Under the pieces are notes generated by a model, which did not search any database, was not told the origin of the DNA, and was given only the letters and a program-made list of their open reading frames with translations. The position numbers and the translations under genes were made by a program. Shown one piece after another: positions 27,223 through 38,580 of a stretch of 64,000 nucleotides of DNA (positions within the stretch are counted from its first letter, which is position 1; every line of letters starts with the position of its first letter). Source of the DNA: Pecten maximus (Eukaryota); contig NC_047016.1 of the NCBI RefSeq assembly GCF_902652985.1, forward strand, positions 34,782,001 through 34,846,000, read 5' to 3'.

Positions 27223-27338
27223 CTTATTCTTACTGCGTCTGCAAGGTTGTCATTGGTTTGGTTCGTGTGTCAGTCACTGATCAGTCTGGCATCACGGGGC
27301 CACCGTAGAGCAGCACGCTCCACTGTTCTTCATCTCCC
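27223..27338 (-). other. Candidate 116-nt non-coding internal exon (lncRNA or 5' UTR)
   Basis: Minus strand tctgtttcag|GGGAGATG...AGAATAAG|gtaagt, with consensus sites at both ends and a GC-rich body. All three frames contain stops. Confidence 0.6.
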
Positions 27339-27652
27339 CTGAAACAGACTTATTTTATTGATGGTGCCACACCGCTAATGACAGACAATATCATTCGCCA
27401 TTTTCCATGTACAGATAATGTATTTAGCCGTATTGTTTTTTTACTAGAAAGAACGGATTTATCCTGAAACTTAGAAACCACTGTAAAAAGATAATACAAC
27501 CCCAAGAGGAAAGATAATGAATTATAATATGTTTGTGTAAGAGCTTCCGAAAGGCAAGTAGACTTTTGTTGGAAACTTGGGGTGTAGATTTTTTATCTTA
27601 TTTATTTTTCAATTTGCTTCATGGGTAGTAGGGTACGAAAATTTTATCGGAT

Positions 27653-27948
27653 GAGTGGTGACTGGATGGTGAGCAACCAGATTAGTGGTGACTGGATGGT
27701 CGGGCAACCAGATTAGTGGTGACTGGATGGTCGGGCAATCAGATTAGTGGTGATCACAGGCTTGTGAGGGTAACCAGATTAGTGGTGATCACAGGCTTGT
27801 GAGGGTAACCAGATTAGTGGTGATCACAGGCTTGTGAGGGTAACTTGTTAGGGTAACCAGATTAGTGGTGATCACAGGCTTGTGAGGGTAACCAGATTAG
27901 TGGTGATCACAGGCTTGTGAGGGTAACCAGATTAATGGTGACTGGATT
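27653..27948. repeat. Bipartite minisatellite: ~31-bp units followed by 35-bp units
   Basis: Shared ACCAGATTAGTGGTGA is followed by CTGGATGGTCGGGCA (left copies) or TCACAGGCTTGTGAGGGTA (right copies; period 27781 to 27816). Confidence 0.93.
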
Positions 27949-28734
27949 AACAAGATATGGTATGACGCTCCAATCATACCATTATTACTTGGCGTGTTTA
28001 AATACAATAATTAACGGCCATATGTAGTGACGATTTTCAAACTCTTAGAGTTTTGAAACATATAGGAATTCCAATCAAAGAGACGGTTGTCAGTAATTAG
28101 TCCCACTGTGTACGTAATCAGAATGATGTATTATTCAAACTATTGTTCAAATGAATATTTAATTCCTTGGCAATTTGAATCTGTATGAAGAAAGTGCTAG
28201 AGTAATACTCAACTTTGAATGTCAATTTTAACGACGTTTCGCGAAAATGCTAATTCAATTAAACCCGATGGTATGGTGTTCGAGTGTTGTCTGACTGACG
28301 CAGAGGGACTGTCGGAGAATACACACCCAATAACTTCTGGTGCATTCATAGGGGCTCTATTGTGGAATCAGTATAAATATAGGATTAAAACGATTTCCTG
28401 AAATAAGTATAGATCATTTTGGTTTTACTAAAGAATCTCCTGAACGGAACCATCAAATGGCTGGTCAATAATGGCCGGAGCCCTAGCATGCGCCGTCTAG
28501 GAGTTTATGCTACCAAGATTTAGTCGAGTCTGCCCCCTACCCCATCACAAAAACACACACACACACTCCCTCATACATCCACACCCACGCACCTTTTCAA
28601 AGTCTCATGATAAAATTCAATAATTGGGCCACTTTTCTGTCCCACAGAACCTTCGTAGATTGTAGATATGTTTTCTTTTACAAAAATATCCTGTCAAGTA
28701 ACACACTGGGACAATATGATTGATAAAGGCTGAC

Positions 28735-29905
28735 AGTGGCACGAACTCAACTTGGTAACAGGATAGTGTCACAAACTCAATTTTGTAGCACGGTGGTAGC
28801 ACAGACGCATTCTTGGTAGCAGGATAGTGGTACAATCGTATCCCTGGTAGCAGGATAGGGTCACAAACTCAACTTGGTAGCAGGATAGTAGTACAATCGT
28901 ATCCCTGGTAGCAGGGTAGTGTCACAAACTCAACTTGGTAGCAGGGTAGTGTCACAAACTCAACTTGGTAGCAGGGTAGTGTCACAAACTCAACTTGGTA
29001 GCAGGGTAGGGTCACAAACTCAACTTGGTAGCAGGGTAGTGTCACAAACTCACCTTGGTAGCAGAGTAGTGTCACAACACATTCTTGGTAGCAGAGTAGT
29101 GTCACAACACATTCTTTGTAGCAGCATAGTGTCACAAACGCGTTCTTGGTAGCAGGGTAGTGTCACAAACGCGTTCTTGGTAGCAGGGTAGTGTCACAAA
29201 CGCATTCTTGGTAGCAGGGTAGTGTCACAACACATTCTTGGTAGCAGGGTAGTGTCACAAACTCAACTTGGTAGCAGGATAGTGTCACAAACTCAACTTG
29301 GTAGCAGGGTAGTGTCACAACATATTCTTTGTAGCAGGATAGTGTCACAAACTCGACTTGGTAGCAGGGTAGTGTCACAACATATTCTTTGTAGCAGGAT
29401 AGTGTCACAACTCGACTTGGTAGCAGGGTAGTGTCACAACATATTCTTTGTAGCAGGATAGTGTCACAAACTCAACTTGGTAGCAGGGTAGTGTCACAAA
29501 CTCGACTTGGTAGCAGGGTAGTGTCACAAACTCGACTTGGTAGCAGGGTAGTGTCACAAACACATTCTTGGTAGCAGGATAGTGTCACAACACATTCTTG
29601 GTAGCAGGGTAGTGTCACAAACACATTCTTGGTAGCAGGATAGTGTCATAACACATTCTTGGTAGCAGGGTAGTGTCACAACACATTCTTTGTAGCAGGG
29701 TAGTGTTACAAACTCACCTCGGTAGCAGGATAGTGTCATAACACATTCTTGGTAGCAGGGTAGTGTCACAAACGCATTCTTGGTAGCATGGTAGTGTCAC
29801 AAACGCATTCTTGGTAGCAGGGTAGTGTCACAAACGCATTCTTGGTAGCAGGGTAGTGTCACAAACGCATTCTTGGCAGCAGGATAGTGGCACAAACGCA
29901 TTCTT
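28735..29905. repeat. 30-31-bp minisatellite, ~38 copies
   Basis: GTCACAAACTCAACTTGGTAGCAGGGTAGT plus variants with ACACATTC/ACGCATTC; explains the VTLPCYQ repeat ORFs. Confidence 0.97.
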
Positions 29906-30899
29906 AGTACATGTATATGAATATTTGTACAACCATAATAGTGATGATCGGATTAATAAATCTGGTTCATATAACAACTGGTTACCTTCATTTGTAGTTG
30001 ATTCCGGTTTAATGAGTCCTGGCTGTAAAGTGAAAACTGCTGATGTAAACGTGACGATTTTTGACATATGACAACTAACCTTATCAATAATACATCTTTA
30101 TGATTGTAAATACTTCAAAACCATGCCTCTACCCATAAGTGCCATGATAAGGATTTCCGTAGCGTCCCGAGACACCAACTATTACCATGACACGCTATAC
30201 AGTGGCATGCTAAGGTTTAATTCCAGAACTCTCTCTGTTTACGACGTTACTTTAATTCCCTTAGTTGGGTAAACTCTATGCATTAGATATCTGACGCGTG
30301 AAGTTACGCGAACAATGTCATAGGAATGAGATAATTATATACATAACAATATAAACCATATAAATATACCCATTTATATACTGTATATAAAACATTCTGT
30401 AAAATTACACCAACAACCGAAGACTTTTATTATGTCTTTCCTAACTCTAGAATTATTTTCTCGGTTCTTAAAAACGGGACGTTACTACAAAAGTATAGGT
30501 TAATAGAAACGAAACGATTCTAAATTAATTTCGCTTTACCCATTTAGTTTCTGTTCCGTTCATTTTGTGATTAAAAAAGGTTGGAAATTTTAATGCATAT
30601 TTGTAGAGAATTGTATTTGCCTATTATGTTTATGATAACCGCTAAATTCCTGAATAACTGACCATTATAAAAATGTTTCCTCAGTTATTATAATTCAATG
30701 TTTACTCCTTATACTGTGTTTTTCTCTGAATCGTGATTAATATTTTGGGTCATTTCACAGACAGTACGTAACATGGTATACTGTCACATTTAAACTTTCA
30801 AACCTATATGTATATATCTCGAAATGACAGAAAGGGCAAAAAAGAAGCGTAATATTTGAAAAAAAAAGAAATAAAAAAGGAAATGAAATGAGTTCATTG

Positions 30900-30970
30900 A
30901 TTTTTTTTGTTTTTGTTTTGTTTTGTTTTGTTTTTTGTTTGTTTAGTTTTTAGTTTTAATTTGTTTCTTT
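30900..30970. repeat. (GTTTT)n microsatellite
   Basis: Visible tract. Confidence 0.85.
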
Positions 30971-33355
30971 TATTATATACATTGTATTACCGCCTCGAAA
31001 TCGCCTGCAGTACAATCAGGTTGACCTTATGATTAAGTCTGGTTTGAATACGCATATTAATATCGTGTCATTGTGACTGCCAGAGTGGCAGATGCTGATA
31101 AAACCAAACTGGAAATATGTAGTAGCTTTATTTGACGTTGACGGCGCAACCAACAACTGACATGCTCAAGAGACTGATTTCTGAAAAAAGCGTCTCAGTG
31201 GTAGTTATAAGGAGTATGGATCTATGTCAAACTGACGCTTAAATTGGTCACGTGAGAGACCCAGACACAACTTACATGCTTGAATAGAAGCTCATGTTCA
31301 AAAGAATTACCTCTGTGACTTATATGGAATTCTTCTTATTGAAAAAATTCTACTCATTACAATGTGGGAAGTTTAGATCGCTGAGTCATGAAATGCATAT
31401 TCAAATATACTGTATTTTCTTTTCTTTTTTATTCTTTCTTTGAGTGGCTGTCTTGTTGCACCACGCAGGTTTTCCACCAAAACATAATGGTCGTTGAATG
31501 AGCGTATTGTACCCTTGCCGAGTATATCATACAAGTCCTCTGCCACACACATTGGACACTAAGAATATCGAACAAAGTAAAACGTTAACGAGACCACGAC
31601 AATTCTGGTCAAACTGTCGATATTCTCGACAACTAAACAGTAAATCATCAATTTTTACGGGTTTCTGTCAGACTGAAGCCAGCGCGGTGTATTTAGACTC
31701 CATTGATATCTGCTTGAAGTGTCTGAACTTGAACTTGGCATAGTCTACGGATGGTAATTCTCTAATTACCTTGTTCACGTATAACCATCTATATAATAAT
31801 TATCTACTGGATGTCTATCTGATACACCTCGATAATTGTCTCATTCTCACAGTTTGCCTTTCTGGGTCAGGTGGTCCAGTCGCACCTCGGAAGTATTGCA
31901 GGATTCGGAGTTGCCCTGAGCAACGTACTCGCTTTCATTGTCAATCTGTAAATCACTTCGGGGCGCATCTAATATATAATGCATGTGCCTAGTGTTCCGA
32001 AGGGACGTCTCGAGTGTCACTATACACGAGAACGATTGACTTGTATGAGAGGTCAAATCTCGCGAGCCCCATTTTGACAGCGAGAGTTGATAGATAGTGG
32101 GAGAATGTAGTAGGTGACAGTCAAATGTGGTACCCTGGAGGTTGGTTCTCTCTCCATTAATTGGCTATCGGAGCCTCAGATGTGATATAAAAAGTGACGT
32201 AGCTGAGTCTTGGCTGATTTACTGACTGTTAACGCCACATATAATACTCAAGAAGAAACAACTTAAATCAATATTATTGTTGTTTGTTATTTTTATTTAC
32301 TTGTCCATATGTTAGGTTACGATACGCGCCTTTCCATGCTAGTATCAATTGCTTCTTTTGTCAGTATGCCTTGCTATTATAGTTTTCATGGACAATTCCA
32401 ACAAAGTTCTCTTAATTCCAAGTATACAGGATACAGCGAAATACATTTCAAATCATCTATATCAATATCAGTCGAAAATAAATAAATAAACAGATAAATA
32501 AATAAATAAATGAAAATCAGAAATAGTACGCATTTTTGCTTAAACAAAGTCTCCTACCGCAAACTTTCTCTCTTGAAGACATCACTGTTTCAGTGCTCGT
32601 TTTAAAATGTATTTGTTTGGTTAAGATGATCTTTATCCCCGATCATTGTTGGTTTTGTGAGGTTGTATTTTACCACGTTTGGTAATTACCCGTCAATATG
32701 ATGGATACTTTCCTCTATAACTATTCTCATTGTAGCACGCTGCCCAACATATTTATGTGGAGTGAGATATTACTGGTTCCTCGCCTGGTAGGGTAATGTG
32801 TTCGCGCACGGAATTCTACCAGTTAATGAATGTAATAAAGCGTGACGATGGTCTATTGTAACACTGTAACCTTCACAAGTAGGGGTCAGGAGGGAAAGGT
32901 TGAGGAGCTTGGGCGTGGCGGAATAACACTATATAACCCGATAAGTAATATTTCAGGGGAAGACTAGGGGTGAGGTTACAAGGACAATGGGAGGGGAAGT
33001 TGTTACTGTCAATCAACGAACTATTCGAGTTGTGAGTATGGCAATACCATTTGAATAACAATCAGCAACTTTAGAAAATATCATGGTCACTGTCTATATG
33101 AGATACTATTACGTACACGTATGATTACAAGGTCCATAGGTGTTTGTTACGTTTGTTTGTCATTTGGCGCCAAATGTCTTGCATGACACCTCAATTAATT
33201 ATAGTAGGTCATATATATCAACAACAGCCGTGGTGTCTTCAGTAGCAAAGACTGTTGGGAGCGCCAGGTAGGCGAATGATTCTAAAGAGGATTCATCAAT
33301 GATTAAATAAGATTTATGCCCAAAACGTGAAACATGTTCTGCCAATGTCGATACC

Positions 33356-33374
33356 ATGCCACCTCGGTTTTCTG
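33356..33374 (+). CDS. Possible alternative micro first exon (MPPRFS, phase 1)
   Basis: ACCATG context, in-frame upstream stop, donor CTG|GTGAGT, same phase as the 21841 exon. Short enough to occur by chance. Confidence 0.25.
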
Positions 33375-36300
33375 GTGAGTTCGAGACCACTTGCTTTCGA
33401 TGAATGCTTTCCAACTGATCGGAGAAACACGATAACTAGTTCACGATGAACGGTTTTGTAGAAGATCAACTTTTCCGATATGGAACCTTCCATGCAAGAA
33501 GTCTACCTTTGAAGCCACAAGTTAAGCGTTCATGCTGAAAACGTCATCAAATTAGGACGAACACAACATTTGAAAGACTGTTCAGCTGAGGTAGTGTTTA
33601 TTTGGATCTACAGTGGGAACGAAATGTTCTCTGTACACTTTCTGTGCTTAGCTTACATTCGAACAGTTTTAAAACATTAAAATTATTGTTAAATGGGTTT
33701 CGATTGATAACTTGGCATAGTCTTCACCGAAATGTCTGCCACCTTGAACAACACTTAATGATGACTCATGTTTTAAATCACTATTAACGACACCAAGAAT
33801 TGTTTGTAAATATCGAGAGAAAATGAGGAATGATCATGCAATAATGTTTTCTGTCAATCTCGAGATAATGTTTATTCAGAAATAATTTACAGGTATTTTT
33901 CACGGTTATAAAGTTTCTGTTTCCTGAGCCATAGACAAGGTGCTGGCGCTGAAACTCTCCGTGTAGGGTACTCCGCCACGCTGTGTTACTGTGGAGTCAT
34001 TGATGCATATCACTCTTACCTTCGAACACACACTCTTTGTCCAATGTACTTTGGCGATGCTCTAGTGTAACGCTCTGTTAAGCGAGGCTTCGTTAATAAA
34101 ACAGGTTAAATGGTTTCAATACAAGGTATACAATGTATATTTAATTACCTGTACTAATGGTTATGGTACACTATTTTTATATATACATCATGGGGGTGGC
34201 TATGAATCGATGATCTCTCTTGTTACACCGATGGGTTACATGGATTTTGATAAGGTTTTATTTCTATATTGAACTGACTTTCGGTTATGTATTGCAGATG
34301 AAATTCGATAGTATTTTAAGCGGCATATTCTTCATATTCATGCGCAATATTCATGACTAAGTAGTAGTCGTTTTTGAGACACCAATCTTGGTTTATTTTT
34401 GTCGACACTGTTTTCACAATGTAGTGTCATGTAGTACATATATTTATAGCACGCTTGATTGGTCCTTGGTGAGTGGACCGTGACAGGAATTACTGAGGCT
34501 TGAGTACACGTTGTGTCTGATCTTTTAAACGTTTGAAAGCTCACGTAGGAAGCATGATCGCTGATTATTAATTATGACTTACACTCATTAACACAAACCT
34601 GTAATGACCCTTGTTGACCTTTAGACGACTTCAACTTTGACCGTTATTTGAATTTTTCATGTTCTTGAAATGGGTGTTTAATATTTTGTTGTTATTCTAT
34701 TAGGATTTTAATTAGCTTTTGCTAATTAACATGTGCGTTGTTTGTTTAGTTTGAATTATTTAAATATAATTTTAATACACTTTGATTAGCATACTATGAT
34801 TTTGATAATGTTTTTTCTCGGAATTAACTTTTTCTAGCATCACTATCTATGTAGTTGACTGTCAATTATCTGGAATGTAATGTATTTTTGGAATGTAATG
34901 TATTTTGGGATAAGTAGCTGATGAAAGCTTAATACCCAGTACCTCATTATAGGAATGTTATTGGACGGCATTCCGTAGAGACTGCCAACCACATCTGGTA
35001 ACTAGGCACTGTCTTCGGCGGTCACGCAAGCCAACATCATAACAAGAACATAAGGCCATGGCGAAACCTGATGGGGTGACAAGTGATGGTATCTCTTGAA
35101 TTTATTTTAATAGTAGACAATATGAAAGACAGCCATCCTTCCGCCCGTTTCGCATTAGCTTCTCCCACTTTGTTACCTTGACAGGTTGTACATTGTATAA
35201 TGTTTCCCTATTTTGGAATTGTTGATGTTTAACATATACATTTCCTTTTTTCAATATGTATAATGTAGCGCGATATCAATTCTTTATTTATTTTTTGTTT
35301 TGAAATTATGAGATGTTGCAATTTTTTTCAACGTTTATAATTACTCACTCTTATTGAGAAAATCATTGGTTAGCATACAAATGTATGTGTATGGTCTCAA
35401 GAACTGCTATTTTGTACTTCACGAGTATGTGTATATTAGTAAGTTGACTGTCTTGACTAGGATATTTCTACACTTCTACCCTTGGTTGAGAAATGTATAA
35501 TAAACATTATTTTAGAATAATATGGTATTATGTTATTTACAAGTAGATAGTGTAAGATGGACTTTAATTAGTCAAATTAATCTAACTCCTGCATGCGCTC
35601 GTTGGAACACTCTAGGAACACGCCTTTCTATTCTCACACAGACATAAGTCTACTGCGACTTCTATAGATCTTTTGATTTCTTGTTTGTATTTAAAAGGCT
35701 GCTGACGAACATTCTTTCGTTTGCTTAAGTGTTTACATCTTTACCGTAAACACATTTCAGCTCCATCTTGATTTCATTTAAGTAAGAATAAGATTACGTG
35801 AACATGCACGAAGCAAAAGTCAATTTCTGATCTATATTTGAATTTAATCATTGAACTTCTTCCAGACATTGCAACACATAAGCTATTGAAAACAATTCGT
35901 CATGATTTGAGTCGAATTCTAAGTGAGAGTGGTGGAGGTTGAGTGACGTGCACTCTCCTGGCCCTTAACATATACAAAAAATACTTTTAATATTGTTATA
36001 GGGCAGCAAGGCGGTCTATGCTCTCATGTCCGCACCATCCTTGTTAAAGATGTTTTGTAAATAATTGTCTGTTTGGCAATGGTGATTGCCTTGCGCAAAC
36101 CAGAAAAAATGTGGCATACGAACAAATACTACAAATACATGCAAATCCTATTTGTTGCGAGCATGTTCCTACAAGGTAAGAGGTTGTCCTGGTTACCGGG
36201 CATCCTCGCTACCTGCTCACAAGTGCTGTAAGACATCCTCGCTCCCTGTTGCTGGACTTGTTGTCACACTAATCCCAACACCTGGGACGGAAAAATCGAA

Positions 36301-38044
36301 ATCAATTACTGCAGAAATAGTCTTATATCACGTGACGACATGGGGTCACTACGTTCGTGTTTCGTGCCTCGTTAGTTCGCTTCGATTTTTTTCTCTGATT
36401 TTGTTCGATATTTTCCGCGTCCCTCCTTTCGAATAACTTCCGGTTCAAAGGGATATAGTCTCCTGCAATGTCTTTGATGTCGCGGAATTGTAAAAGTAAT
36501 TCATCAGAGTATTATGAATCCCGAGTTATGGTTGATTCTATCTATGTTCCACGTGTGTTCCGGTTGGAACATATCCCACCTTCCCTTATTTATTGTTGTA
36601 TACTGTATAAAGTCGTGATTATTAAAACTAGTTTTTTCCTCGTTCGATGATTTATAATTTATGAACCAATTACAGAAAGTCAAATAAATTCGTCTTTCAC
36701 AAAGTAGATGTTTGTCAATGTACAGGTAGTCTAGAGTGTGAGTTGTACCAAAGCTCCATGCGTGCAAATTTCTCCTTGTAATGAGTTGGCTGTGGATTCA
36801 AAGAGGATTATCAAAGGAGACACTCCATTAATGATGCATTTGTAGACGATCTTCTGGTTTTTAGTCTCCAATAAAACCTGCAAAATAACTATATACAGAA
36901 CATCTTTATGTCGACCACCTGGACTCAGGTTTAAACAAAACAGAATCAATGCACTGCAATTAACATTTCTTGCGGGTGAGTTACATATTTTTCGAAATAA
37001 TCGAGAGTATTATTTTATTTTAGATTTAAGGAAGCAATTAAAGGTAAGTCTTTAATAAAACAAAGAAATACAAAATGTTTGCAAAGTAAATTTCTATAAT
37101 TCCCTAGTATATTTCTTTACAAAGATTTAATAATGAATACGCATTTTCAATGGGCATTTGAAAAGTGTATCCGTTAGTTTTACTATCGCGATGTTTTTAT
37201 CGAATTCATATCTGAAAATAGAGTTCACAAAAATACACAGCTCTATAATAACCGTGAGAGATGCATTACAAAAAAACATGAGGGACTAAACATTGCATTA
37301 CCATACAGTTTATTCCATTTCGCTACTCCCCTATACACCATCAACTTGTCAGGTATGTTGGCCGTTAACTTTGATTTAAGTTGCACTTTTCGATTTCTTC
37401 GTAAATGGTTTTTATGGAAACACAATTGTACGGGACACAATGAAGCTTACTAAGGATGTGGATATGAACATCCCAAATAGATACAATTATTGGATATCGA
37501 GATAGTTTATAGTCCTATCACGACGAAGCTATATATCACATGACGGGTTTACATGAAAAGGTGACGTTCTATCTATTAACTTTTCTGATGTATGATATTT
37601 GAATATATTCCATATTTGATACAACAATTTGGAAATATCAATATTTCAAATACCTCCTTCGTTTAAGAAAATAGAAACATACTGTCTGCTATATATTTTT
37701 CGCGAGCTGTTTTCATTTCTCTGCGATTTCCAAAAAGTATTTATTATATAATTTTGCGACTTTATTGAACATTTCGTCTCTAAAAATACCACTATTAGTT
37801 GCTACACATGCTATATATTTTGTGAGTTGTTTACATTTGATGTCGCTGAAATGTCAGTATCGATTTTTATTTTTTCGAGCGTTTAATGTTTGTAGAAAAT
37901 TGTGAGTCGAACTATAAGTATCCTGGTATCGAGCGATGACCGATTAAGGTACACTTCAGCAAGTTTGTGTTGTTGCCCTTACAAATCAATATCTTTGAAA
38001 ATCAGTAGAGGACACTCGCAATGTTATATTATATAATATGATAT

Positions 38045-38580
38045 TATCAAATCACCTGAGACGAAGTCTCAAGTGACCTATTCTAACCGCCATTTTTCTT
38101 CTCGAAAAGCTTCCGAACCAAATTCAACGAAATTTGACAGGAAGCTTTCATTACCAAAGGTCTATCAAAATTGTGAATTATATGGTCCTAACCCTAGGGG
38201 CCCTAGGGGCCTTAGGAGCGAGGCCAAAAAGGGTCAAATTGACTAAACTTTCAAAAAACTTCTTAACTCCCAGATATGGTAGAATCAAATACTCTTCACA
38301 GATAGAAAGTTCTCAAAATCCTTCACCAGGATTGTGAATTTCATGACCCTTGGGTCTCACGTTTCCCCTTGGGGAGGGGGTTAAGTTTATACTATAGTTT
38401 AGAAAGGGAAATCACATTTTTGCGCCTTATTTGTTCCATTTGTCATCATTTGGTTGATTTCGATTGGAATTCATTCTAACTTTAACATTATCAGCATGGA
38501 ATTACAGCTTAATGGTATGCAAATGTTTGCCCTGACTGACCCACTGGGCTGATGGGCGGGGCCAAAAGGGTGAATCAAAT
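38045..38580 (+). mobile_element. Non-autonomous Helentron-type element (HINE) fragment
   Basis: Left-end hairpin TCACCTGAGAC-GAA-GTCTCAAGTGA followed by CCTATTCT. Internal repeats (ATTGTGAATT twice, GGCCAAAA(A)GGGT twice) match the architecture I recall for bivalve HINEs. Confidence 0.75.

Noticed and set aside
28869-29769. Cys-rich repeat ORFs (also 29..256, 1692..2232 and 18141..18445)
   Set aside because: They are translations of minisatellites, broken by non-triplet unit-length changes, with no splice or homology support.
33199-33414. Protein-like 71-aa stretch on - after a CAG acceptor (possible terminal exon)
   Set aside because: No recognisable homology and no upstream coding exons; too weak to call.
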